Assembly: GCA_002269645.1 (NCBI GenBank)
Contig: NIVC01004373.1
Coordinates: 1 to 48,145 of the forward strand
Length of the DNA stretch: 48,145 nucleotides
Reading direction: 5' to 3'
Origin: Macrostomum lignano
Lineage: Eukaryota
In this document: one piece after another, positions 36,689 through 45,284 of the stretch
How the letters are laid out: each line of letters starts with the position of its first letter
Numbering within the stretch: the first letter of the stretch is position 1
The notes under the pieces: generated by a model
Seen by the model: the letters and a program-made list of their open reading frames with translations, nothing else
Told to the model about the DNA's origin: nothing
The model's database searches: none
Position numbers and translations under genes: made by a program

Positions 36689-37171
36689 ATGAATCCCGAG
36701 CAGCAGCAGCAACAACAACTAACTGATCGTAAGCTTTTAGTTGAACGTCTATACGATTCGGCAACGATTCCGACCCGAAAAACTGTCGGGTCGATCGGGT
36801 ATGATCTTTGCGCTGGCGTCGATGGTACCATTCCGGCCTACGAGTCCCGGAGTGTGCGAACCGGACTCAAAATTCGCTTACCGCCTGGTACCTATGGCAG
36901 GATAGCGGGACGTTCCAGCATGGCTCTGCACAGCTTATTTGTTGGCGGTGGCGTAATCGACCCCGACTATACTGGTGAAATCTGTATAGTCTTGTTTAAT
37001 TACAGTCCGGAAGACTTTGAGTACTATGCCGGGCTCAGTATTGCACAACTGGTTCTGGAGCAGGCCGTGCTTGCTTCAGTCTATGTGACTGAAGCAGACA
37101 ATTCGATTCGGATGATTGAGCCGCCGACCAAGCGGCGCGGCTTTGGCGGCTTTGGCAGCACTGGCCAATAA
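36689..37171 (+). CDS. dut: dUTPase (trimeric type)
   Basis: All five motifs present: GSIGYDL, GRSS, GVIDPDYTGEI, IAQLV, RGFGGFGSTG. Likely ATG at 36689. Confidence 0.95.
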   Translation: MNPEQQQQQQLTDRKLLVERLYDSATIPTRKTVGSIGYDLCAGVDGTIPAYESRSVRTGLKIRLPPGTYGRIAGRSSMALHSLFVGGGVIDPDYTGEICIVLFNYSPEDFEYYAGLSIAQLVLEQAVLASVYVTEADNSIRMIEPPTKRRGFGGFGSTGQ

Positions 37172-37241
37172 GTATAATAATAATAATAAACTGATTTTTT
37201 TCTTTGGTGATTGGTGCACTATGCGAGAGCTTTGTAAATAC

Positions 37242-37250
37242 TATAAGCAA
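37242..37250 (+). promoter_or_regulatory. Candidate late-promoter TATAAGCAA (first of 8 TATAAG sites upstream of virion-module genes)
   Basis: Other copies at 38405, 39448, 39843, 40679, 42064, 42416 and 43753, each 21-158 nt upstream of an ATG. Confidence 0.55.
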
Positions 37251-37262
37251 TTTTAAAAATTT

Positions 37263-37706
37263 ATGCCTAAAATATATGTTGTAAAAATGTCTCCAGCGAA
37301 AGATCGAGGTTTTAAAAAGAAAAAGAAGAGCATTCGTAAAAAGAAGAAATCTATTAGAAAGATTAATAAAAAGCAACAAGGTTATGGTGTCGTAAATTGG
37401 TTAATTAATCATTTACCATTTGAAGCACATTTACCCGGCGGATATCAGTTTTGTGGTCCAGGTACGCAACTGCAAGCTAGGCTAGCAAAAGGACAACGAG
37501 GAATTAATCGGCTTGACAATTTGTGCATGCTTCACGACGTGGCCTATGATAAAAATTCTGACGTGCAAGAGAGGTTAAAAGCTGATAAGCTATTAGAATC
37601 TGGTGCACGAGAGATTGCCCACGATCCGTCTACTGGTTGGAAAGAAAAACTAGCTGCGAAGTTGGTTACCAAGGTTATGCAAGTTAAGCAACGCTTTGGT
37701 GCTTGA
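37263..37706 (+). CDS. Virion protein with basic N-terminus and parvovirus-VP1-like phospholipase A2 domain
   Basis: HLPGGYQFCGPGT (calcium loop), GINRLDNLCMLHDVAYD (HD dyad). Confidence 0.9.
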   Translation: MPKIYVVKMSPAKDRGFKKKKKSIRKKKKSIRKINKKQQGYGVVNWLINHLPFEAHLPGGYQFCGPGTQLQARLAKGQRGINRLDNLCMLHDVAYDKNSDVQERLKADKLLESGAREIAHDPSTGWKEKLAAKLVTKVMQVKQRFGA

Positions 37707-37708
37707 AA

Positions 37709-38398
37709 ATGCAGCAGCCATACAATATGCAACTAGCTCACGATTCTACATTTATTATTGCTGGACCTTCAAACTCGGGTAAAACTGAATGGACGTTGCG
37801 TTTGTTGACTGAACGAAAAGAATTATTTGATAAAAAACCGTGCCGTCTTGTTTGGTGCCATGGATCAAGTTTGAAACCAGACGATCAACAACGAATTAGA
37901 ACATGCTGGCAAAAAAGCGGTCTTGACCCTATTGTTTTTGTACCCGAATTCACACCACAGATGATTAATCGTTTTTTACCACACGATTTGGTTGTTGTTG
38001 ACGACTTGCAAAGCGAGATTGCTAAGTTGCCAGAATTTACTAGTATGTTTACAAAGCATGCGCATCATATCCCTTTGACTTGTCTGTACCTTTGTCAAGG
38101 TCTTTTTAACAAGTCTGATCCAGAAGCACGCATGCGAAGTTTATCAGCTAGTTATATTTGTCTAACTCGTAGTGTGCGCGATCGAACCACAGTTGAACAT
38201 CTCGGTCGACAAATGTATCCGCGTAATAGTAGGTTTCTAGTGAATGTGTATGAAGACGCAACAAATAACAAACCTTTTTCATATTTATTCATTGACCTGC
38301 GGCAAGTGACACCAGATTTTTTACGATTGAGAACAGGAATATTTTCTGGTGATGAACAAGTTGTCTATACTCGTGAATGTGATGCAAAGTTTGTGTAA
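37709..38398 (+). CDS. A32/FtsK-like DNA packaging ATPase
   Basis: Walker A AGPSNSGKT, Walker B VVVDDL, FTKHAHH, YLFIDL; typical Maverick ATPase. Confidence 0.95.
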   Translation: MQQPYNMQLAHDSTFIIAGPSNSGKTEWTLRLLTERKELFDKKPCRLVWCHGSSLKPDDQQRIRTCWQKSGLDPIVFVPEFTPQMINRFLPHDLVVVDDLQSEIAKLPEFTSMFTKHAHHIPLTCLYLCQGLFNKSDPEARMRSLSASYICLTRSVRDRTTVEHLGRQMYPRNSRFLVNVYEDATNNKPFSYLFIDLRQVTPDFLRLRTGIFSGDEQVVYTRECDAKFV

Positions 38399-38455
38399 TA
38401 TTATTATAAGCAAATTATAAACTGTTGTCAATATTAGTTTGTGTTTTATTTCAAA

Positions 38456-39445
38456 ATGAGTTTTTACGTTTTTTTGCCGTCAAACGATATCAGTTACGAA
38501 ACCAACTCGCCTAATGAATTTCGAGTGCGACTAACTGAACCAATAAATTTATTGAACGGATTCTTCGAGGTTGCACTAGTTGAATTACTGTGCCATGGAG
38601 CAATTACGACGCCAAATGCTCATCGTGAGCGTCGATTTGAAGTTCCATATTTTGCGGACATTGACTCAATAATACGATTAAAGAAAAACTATTGGGGTCG
38701 TGTTTGGGCAGAGGCAGACTTGGATGCTTACGTTTCCTGGCAACCGTCTGGTACAGATGAAAAATTTGCCTGGCTTTTACGAAATTCAGGCGAAAAAACT
38801 ATTGGATTAGAACTACCAGTTACATTTATGGACGCTTTCAAATTTGACTCTTGGAAGAAACTTTCTGGACTTGTCTCGGAAAAATTATCAAAACCTGCCG
38901 CTGGTAGTGTACAACCACCGGATGGTTCATACTTGGATTTGATAAAAAGTCTCGACAATACTCTAGCGCTAGTACCTGAGAACTATTATGTTTTTTATTG
39001 TGTTCTATCGCCTGGTGAAGCTATACGACTTGTTTCGCATGGAGACTATCTTCGAAAAACGGAAGGAGAAGTGTACATCAAAGTACACCAATATTGGTTG
39101 AGAAATCGTGTTTGGCGCATTAACAAAACCTACTTGGATGCTGTGCTACCTTCTCCGATGCCTAGTAAAACGGTTTACATGTACTGTTACACAGATATAA
39201 TCGAGTATCAAGCAGTGGGAAGTACATCAGTACCGTTGCTTCGAGTTGTGGAACTCCAACAAAAGAAAAACGGAGAACTTATACGCGATAGCAGTGCATT
39301 GCAAACACCCTACTACTTGAAAACAAATCGACAACAAATTCACGAGATTTCGATTCGACTATCGGACCAGCGCGGAAAACCGTTTAATTTTGATCCGGGA
39401 GCACACGTTGTTGTCGTACTGCATTTTAAACATAGGTCGGACTAA
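38456..39445 (+). CDS. Minor capsid protein (penton, PX)
   Basis: FYVFLPSN...NEFRVRL...FEVALVEL at the N-terminus; YCYTDIIEYQAVG...VPLLRVV and EISIRLSDQRGKPF...VVLHFK at the C-terminus. Confidence 0.9.
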   Translation: MSFYVFLPSNDISYETNSPNEFRVRLTEPINLLNGFFEVALVELLCHGAITTPNAHRERRFEVPYFADIDSIIRLKKNYWGRVWAEADLDAYVSWQPSGTDEKFAWLLRNSGEKTIGLELPVTFMDAFKFDSWKKLSGLVSEKLSKPAAGSVQPPDGSYLDLIKSLDNTLALVPENYYVFYCVLSPGEAIRLVSHGDYLRKTEGEVYIKVHQYWLRNRVWRINKTYLDAVLPSPMPSKTVYMYCYTDIIEYQAVGSTSVPLLRVVELQQKKNGELIRDSSALQTPYYLKTNRQQIHEISIRLSDQRGKPFNFDPGAHVVVVLHFKHRSD

Positions 39446-39501
39446 TTTATAAGCAAAGATTAATTGTGTAATAGAAAATTTTGTGAATTTGTTTTGTAAG
39501 A

Positions 39502-39930
39502 ATGAGCGAACTAACAGAAAAAGGAAAACAAAATGCTCGCTCATTGTGTCAGTGTGCTTTTTTACTACAAATTGTTTATCGGCTAAAGCATCCAAAGCAG
39601 AGAAAAAGTTTTTTACAAACACTTTCAGAGTCGGAGATACGATGTCTAGTAGACTTTCTGTTTAATATTATTAGTGGACGTATTAAAATTAGTAACTGTA
39701 ACAAAAGACGACTTGAGAAGCATCGCAGATATATACGCCAGCTTTTGGAACAGAAGACTCCAATTACTGCAAAAAGGAAAATACTTGTCCAACACGGAGG
39801 ATTTTTACCTTTTTTGGCTCCAATTATTGCCGCTCTACCTGCTATAAGCACTGCGCTTGGGATAACGTCTGGAGTAGTTGGTACCGCCGCGGGAGCAGCG
39901 AATTTAATACGATCAATTCAACGAAAGTAG
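39502..39930 (+). CDS. Small basic core protein with an adenovirus pX-like GGFLPFLAPIIAALP tail
   Basis: Basic N-terminal half, then GG followed by a hydrophobic helix similar to adenoviral pX (GGILPLLIPLIAAAI). Confidence 0.75.
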   Translation: MSELTEKGKQNARSLCQCAFLLQIVYRLKHPKQRKSFLQTLSESEIRCLVDFLFNIISGRIKISNCNKRRLEKHRRYIRQLLEQKTPITAKRKILVQHGGFLPFLAPIIAALPAISTALGITSGVVGTAAGAANLIRSIQRK

Positions 39931-39940
39931 TAGGAATATA

Positions 39941-40630
39941 ATGCGAACTAACGAGAGTAGTAGTTTTCAACGAATGTATCTAGTACCTGAATCTGTGTAT
40001 CAATCTGCATGTCAAGGTGCAGAGCAAGGATCGTCACCAACTGCTGAGACACCTCGAAAAACTGAAGTTTTAGACGCACCGCAAGATGCTCTGGCAAAAA
40101 ATATGGTGGAAATGAGAGACCAAATGGATAACTTGGACAAGGAAATGGAAAAGGAGCCAAATTACACAGCTCAATTGAAACGAAGCAGATTGGAAGACAA
40201 ACTTTTAAAATTGCGCAAAGTCTATCGCACTGGAGACGAGGACAATCTGTCACTTGTTCGCAAAGGGACTACTGTAAGAAGTTCATATGCCAGCGAATCA
40301 AGGGAAATTCCTAAAGTTTTTTTACCACGTTTCGAAGCTCTCGCTCAAAACCTATTTTCGGACATGGACAAGAATGCAGAACCAATGCTGGCTAATTTGA
40401 CTGATGCCGAGATACAAGATCTCATGGAATATGTTGTTCGAGACAGACCGCTTAAGCGACACGAGACTCAACCGCCTAGTGGACTAAAAACATTTTTAGA
40501 CTTTCTTCGAAAACGTGGAATCGCAGCAAACCAAATCGGGCGTCATGTACGAAACGAGCTAATGTCTGCTCCAAAAACTGTTGCAAAGGAGGATCTTAGT
40601 CTGTTTGAAAATTATCAAACACTGAATTAA
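39941..40630 (+). CDS. Maverick hypothetical protein (RMYLVP N-terminal motif)
   Basis: 229-aa open frame in the gene cassette; MYLVP resembles the KMxLVP start of conserved uncharacterised Maverick ORFs. Confidence 0.75.
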   Translation: MRTNESSSFQRMYLVPESVYQSACQGAEQGSSPTAETPRKTEVLDAPQDALAKNMVEMRDQMDNLDKEMEKEPNYTAQLKRSRLEDKLLKLRKVYRTGDEDNLSLVRKGTTVRSSYASESREIPKVFLPRFEALAQNLFSDMDKNAEPMLANLTDAEIQDLMEYVVRDRPLKRHETQPPSGLKTFLDFLRKRGIAANQIGRHVRNELMSAPKTVAKEDLSLFENYQTLN

Positions 40631-40742
40631 GTTGTTTTAAAATTACAGATTACGTTTTAACAAAATTGATTCGAGCACTATAAGCTTTTTAAAAAGGTTA
40701 ATTTTTTGTTTATGAAAAATATATAGTTTAATAAGACAAACC

Positions 40743-40931
40743 ATGTCATCTATCTTCCAAAAACTTTTGATTCGTCTCTGTGAGTTTTTTTGCATAAAAT
40801 CTGAATGTGTGCCGTTTCTGGGAAAGGAGCACAACGAGGATACTGACGGAGATTCGATCGAGGCTTCGTTCTTTTGTTGCAACTGTCAAACGACTAGCAT
40901 CAATCTAACTGATGATGAAGCGAGTGCGTAA
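40743..40931 (+). CDS. Small Cys-rich protein overlapping the integrase start
   Basis: 62 aa, CEFFC and FFCCNC, good ATG context, preceded by TATAAG. Confidence 0.5.
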   Translation: MSSIFQKLLIRLCEFFCIKSECVPFLGKEHNEDTDGDSIEASFFCCNCQTTSINLTDDEASA

Positions 40932-42072
40932 GGAAATTGAAGAATTTTTGACGGATGCTTTTTTTAACTTGAACAGGCCTACTTCATTTAGTGGTAACAA
41001 GACTATACTTGTTCGTGAAGTACGTAAAAAGTTTCCACAGATTACGAACAAAGTTGCAAAGCGCGAAGTTGATAATTGGGTGCGATCAACAAATGAGCAT
41101 CATTTATTTCGAAAAACACGACGAAACTTTCCAACTCCAAAAATTAGTGTGCCACCAGTTGCAAAGTTTCAGTTTCAAATCGATTTGGCAGATTTACCTC
41201 AATACAAGACGGAAAATCGAGGTTATCGTTACATACTTGTTCTTATCGACTGTTTTACTAGAGTTGTACGACTAAGACCATTGCGTACAAAGAAGCCTTC
41301 AGAAGTTAGTCAAGTATTACTAGAGATTTTTCGAAGTGGTTTTAAGCCTGTTTATTTACAAGGTGATGCTGGTATGGAGTTTCTCGGAAGAGCTACACGT
41401 CAAATGCTGAAACAGGAAGGAGTTCGATTTTTTGTTAGCCAAAGCAATTACAAGGCAAGCATGGCTGAACGATTTATCCGCTCGTTAAAGGAACGTCTAT
41501 TACGATACTTTCGAGCAAAAAATTTACCTCGATGGTTTGACATTTTACCGCAATTGGAAGATAATTTCAACTCTAGTCCTCATCGATCCTTGAGTGGAGA
41601 AACACCAAAACGGGTAGAGACAGACCCGCATTTACAAGGAATTTTGTGGGACAAAATGTTTGCGAAGTCGTACACTAAAAAGAATGAGAATAAATTTAAA
41701 GTTGGTGATTGGGTTAGAATTACACGACGTCGAGGAACATTTGAAAAAGGATACACTACGACTTGGAGTAATTCAAAATATCGCATTCATCGTGTACACT
41801 TGACAGACCCGCCAATGTACGAATTAGTGGACCCTGAAGATGGATTTGAAGTGCTGAAAGGAAGGTTTAACCAAGCGGAACTAATGTTGGTAAACGAGAC
41901 AGATGAAACACCTAATGAAATTGAAAAAGTTATTGAAACTGATCGAGCGAAAAATGGAAGTCGTCTGTATCTAGTAAAATGGAAAGGTATGCCAATCTCA
42001 AGAAGTCAGTGGTTAAACGAAAATGATCTTGACGCAAAGACTGCTAAACTATTTTCTAAAGTGTATAAGTAA
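40912..42072 (+). CDS. Retroviral-like (rve) DDE integrase with C-terminal chromodomain
   Basis: QIDLADL, LQGDAGMEF, SMAERFIRSLK; chromodomain EIEKVI...YLVKWKG...SQWL. Confidence 0.97.
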   Translation: MMKRVRKEIEEFLTDAFFNLNRPTSFSGNKTILVREVRKKFPQITNKVAKREVDNWVRSTNEHHLFRKTRRNFPTPKISVPPVAKFQFQIDLADLPQYKTENRGYRYILVLIDCFTRVVRLRPLRTKKPSEVSQVLLEIFRSGFKPVYLQGDAGMEFLGRATRQMLKQEGVRFFVSQSNYKASMAERFIRSLKERLLRYFRAKNLPRWFDILPQLEDNFNSSPHRSLSGETPKRVETDPHLQGILWDKMFAKSYTKKNENKFKVGDWVRITRRRGTFEKGYTTTWSNSKYRIHRVHLTDPPMYELVDPEDGFEVLKGRFNQAELMLVNETDETPNEIEKVIETDRAKNGSRLYLVKWKGMPISRSQWLNENDLDAKTAKLFSKVYK

Positions 42073-42113
42073 CACATGAATTGGGATTGCATGACGAAGA
42101 GAAGACTGTTGAA

Positions 42114-42572
42114 ATGGATCCTATTTTTGCTTTTTATTCTGGTCCGAATAGATCTGCTGAAGGTGGAGGTGGATATGGCATTCCTGTTTACGAAGGTTAC
42201 GGTTTTTTGTCAAATTTGGCGGACAGATTGGTGTATCCTGTACTACGCAACGCAAAGAAAGATTTCTTGGATCGTGGTCTGGAGTATTTGAAAAGTGCGA
42301 CAGCAAAAATTGGTATGGGTCGGAAGCGTCACTTGGACACAGAATCGAGCGAAGAGATGTTTAATACAACTGCAGTTTCGAGACCAAAGCGAAGGAAAAG
42401 AACCAGTGGAGTGGCTATAAGCTTAGGAAAGAAGAAACGGCAAAAGAAACGACGAACAAGACAGTGTGGAAAGGGACGCGTGAACAAAAGAAAACGCAAG
42501 AAGACCGGTGGTATAGGAAAACGTCGAACTGCTACTGCAAGCAAGAAACTTTTTAGTCTGTTTGAAAAGTAG
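42114..42572 (+). CDS. PZ-like virion protein with Lys/Arg-rich tail
   Basis: GGGGYGIPVYEGYGFLSNLADRLVYPVLR resembles the Maverick PZ G-x-G/amphipathic motif; basic C-terminus. ATG at 42114. Confidence 0.7.
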   Translation: MDPIFAFYSGPNRSAEGGGGYGIPVYEGYGFLSNLADRLVYPVLRNAKKDFLDRGLEYLKSATAKIGMGRKRHLDTESSEEMFNTTAVSRPKRRKRTSGVAISLGKKKRQKKRRTRQCGKGRVNKRKRKKTGGIGKRRTATASKKLFSLFEK

Positions 42573-42573
42573 C

Positions 42574-43896
42574 ATGAACCATTTGCTTGGACCTGATATT
42601 GCTGCTCTTAAAAGTGAATTGTCGCTATTTGATCAAAGTCCTGTTCAGTTTAGTGTTTTGGATAATCGATATACTAACATTCAACCGCAACATGGTATTA
42701 CAAAAGGATCACCTATCGAATTTGAAGTTGTGCCTGCAGGCGATTTGTATTTGGATCTACAAGAAACTGTGCTCACGGTATGCTTCAGCGTTAGTGATAG
42801 TGAAGGTGAACCTATAGATGCAACGAAAAATTTTGTTTGTTTGAATAATTTGGTTATTGGAACATTGTTTGAGGACGTTCAATTTACTATTGGCGATACT
42901 GTAGTTGAAGGTGGTAGTTTTATGTATCCATACAAGGCTATGCTTCTTACATTACTGGAATATGGACATACAGCTCAGAAGGCTGGTTTACTGCCGTGGG
43001 GGTTTTACAAGGATACAGCTGGTAAAATGAATGCAACAAGTGAAAACGATGGACGAACAAAGAGGCAGGCGCTCATTGCTAACAATAGGCGGTGCACTGT
43101 ATCGGGGCCGTTATTCTTGGATTTGTTTCGTCAGCCTCGGTATCTACTATCAAAGACACCACTACGGATCAAGCTCATACCGGCAAAAAGTAAATTTGTC
43201 CTGAGCGGGTCAACATTAGAAGCTGGTGCGGTTTTAAAAGACTATGAGATCAAGTTTTTGCGTGCAGAACTACGATTGCGGTTTGTTCAACCCTCGCCGA
43301 GTGTTATCAGTGCACATGCTCATGGACTTAAAAGTCACAATGCATTATATCCGCACCGAAGTCTAAGCCTTGGTACGTTTACTATACCCCGAGGATCGTC
43401 TAGCCATACGCATGAAAATTTGTTTCCTAGTGGGGTACCACGGCTTTTATTGATGGCAATCGTAAGCAACAAGGCATTCAATGGAAGCATGGACACAAAT
43501 CCGTTCAACTTTGAGCATGCAAATGTGAGCAGCATTGGTGTGTTTGTGAATGGAGACTCGGTACCATCGCGTCCGCTGCAGACAAACTTTGGAGATGATT
43601 GTGTGACAGAGTATAATTTTTTGCTACAACAGCTTGGAATCTATCTACAGGGACGAGATATTGGATTTAATATGCTGGATTACGCCAATGGTTACTCAAT
43701 TTTTGCATTCAGTCTTGGAAGTGAACCTGGTGTCGGACGGGGAGTGCAACTGTATAAGGAAGGAAATGTAAAACTAGAGTTACGCTTCAATGCTGCAACT
43801 AGTACCGTGTACAACGTCATATTTGGAGGTATATTTGACAAGCAACTGCAACTGACTGAACTTCGCGACATTGTTCCTGGCACAGTATGGAAGTAA
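42574..43896 (+). CDS. Major capsid protein (double jelly-roll, PY/hexon)
   Basis: KSELSLF, PIEFEV, LYLDLQET, YPYKA, GFYKDTAG, DLFRQPRYL, AFNGSMDTNPFNF, GNVKLELRF. Confidence 0.96.
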   Translation: MNHLLGPDIAALKSELSLFDQSPVQFSVLDNRYTNIQPQHGITKGSPIEFEVVPAGDLYLDLQETVLTVCFSVSDSEGEPIDATKNFVCLNNLVIGTLFEDVQFTIGDTVVEGGSFMYPYKAMLLTLLEYGHTAQKAGLLPWGFYKDTAGKMNATSENDGRTKRQALIANNRRCTVSGPLFLDLFRQPRYLLSKTPLRIKLIPAKSKFVLSGSTLEAGAVLKDYEIKFLRAELRLRFVQPSPSVISAHAHGLKSHNALYPHRSLSLGTFTIPRGSSSHTHENLFPSGVPRLLLMAIVSNKAFNGSMDTNPFNFEHANVSSIGVFVNGDSVPSRPLQTNFGDDCVTEYNFLLQQLGIYLQGRDIGFNMLDYANGYSIFAFSLGSEPGVGRGVQLYKEGNVKLELRFNAATSTVYNVIFGGIFDKQLQLTELRDIVPGTVWK

Positions 43897-44450
43897 TTGA
43901 TTCTATCCTAGATCGTGGTGTAACAGATCGCTTCCTTCGCAATGTTGTATCGAAATTGTGCGCACATTTTTTAAATGTTGTATTTCTTGGTGTTTTTCCT
44001 CAAAACTTTGTTGGTGGACTTAGACGCTTACCTTTAGACGGTAAAGACTATTTTTTTATCGTTAATACTGACGTCTCCAACCTGCCCGGAAAACATTGGG
44101 TATGCGTTTGGGTTTATGGTCATCGAGCAGGTCGCGGTAGCAAACGACTTGGTGAATATTTTGATTCTCTTGGTCTAGTACCATTGCCAAGAATAGCAAA
44201 ATGGCTAGGAAAAGAATGTGGAAATTCGAAAAATTGGTGTTATAGTCGCTTTGCTATCCAAGACCCACAGAGTGGAAGTTGTGGATTTTGGGTAATTTTT
44301 TATATTTTTCATAAGTTGACTACCAGAGGAAACCTAGAGTGTTTTATTCGAAGCGTTTTTAAACGGAATATAATTCGCACTGGTTCGTTTCGATACTTGT
44401 ATGCTAAATTACGCAATTTTGTTTTACGAGTGCTGCCTCAATATTTGTAA
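43887..44450 (+). CDS. Adenain-like cysteine protease
   Basis: IVNTD...GKHWVC (His), EYFDSLG (Asp), IQDPQSGSCG (Gln/Cys). Confidence 0.95.
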   Translation: MEVIDSILDRGVTDRFLRNVVSKLCAHFLNVVFLGVFPQNFVGGLRRLPLDGKDYFFIVNTDVSNLPGKHWVCVWVYGHRAGRGSKRLGEYFDSLGLVPLPRIAKWLGKECGNSKNWCYSRFAIQDPQSGSCGFWVIFYIFHKLTTRGNLECFIRSVFKRNIIRTGSFRYLYAKLRNFVLRVLPQYL

Positions 44451-44684
44451 ACTCGCTAATTTGTGCGTCAAATTGTGTTTGTATCTAGTTGAAATATACA
44501 ATACTGCTTGAAAAGAAGAATTTAAATGCGTTAAGTTATACGCAAAATAAGCTTTGTGTCAAATTGAATTTTGGTTGGGCTTGTAATTAGCTGCATTCAT
44601 TGCGGATAGAATTTAGGTGGATAGACAGGTGTTTGCGTAAAAGTGATTCAGCTAATTGGTTAATTCATTGCGTAAAAGCTAGTT

Positions 44685-44788
44685 TGCGTGCACGGCAAAT
44701 TTCAGACTCTGCCATTTTTTTGGGCCTGTACTTACTATGTATTTCGCCATAAGGAAATCGGCTTTGTGTCAAAAAAACGTATACTACT
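44685..44788 (-). repeat. Right terminal inverted repeat
   Basis: Ends ...CGTATACTACT, followed by the TSD CACATT. Confidence 0.97.
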
Positions 44789-45284
44789 CACATTCACATT
44801 TACCTATTAGGTTTTATAAAATTGACTAACTTTGCTCCATAAGTTTGCTCTATATGAACTAATTGACTTCAAACTTGACACAACTTTTTATAGCTTTATT
44901 CTTTGTCTAAATATGGTCTTAACTCTGTAACTCAAACAGAACAGAAATTCTAAGCTTATGAAGTTTGTAATTTTTTCTGTTGTTTACTGCTTTCACTTAT
45001 TCCTACAAACTAAGGGCCAGGCAATAGGGCTCAGTCTTCATAGCAAATGTACAATGTTATGGAATAAATTTATTTTTATAGCCTTCTCTGCACCTTCACA
45101 TATGGAGAGGCTATATTCAGCCATGATAATTTAGTGAGAAATTCAAAACACTGTGCTCTATATAGGCAAACTCTGCAGCAATTAAACAGTAGATGGCAAA
45201 TCAAGGCAATGCAAAATACAATGCTATTAAATTGGTCACACCATGGAACTTTTAACATTAAATTTCACTTAAAAGTTTTTTAAA

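Larger units (their letters stand above)
30060..44788 (+). mobile_element. Maverick/Polinton (adintovirus-like) endogenous viral element, 14,729 bp, polymerase-defective
   Basis: 104-bp TIRs starting AGTAGT, 6-bp TSD CACATT (30054-30059 and 44789-44794), and integrase, ATPase, major and minor capsid and protease genes, all on the + strand. Confidence 0.97.
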
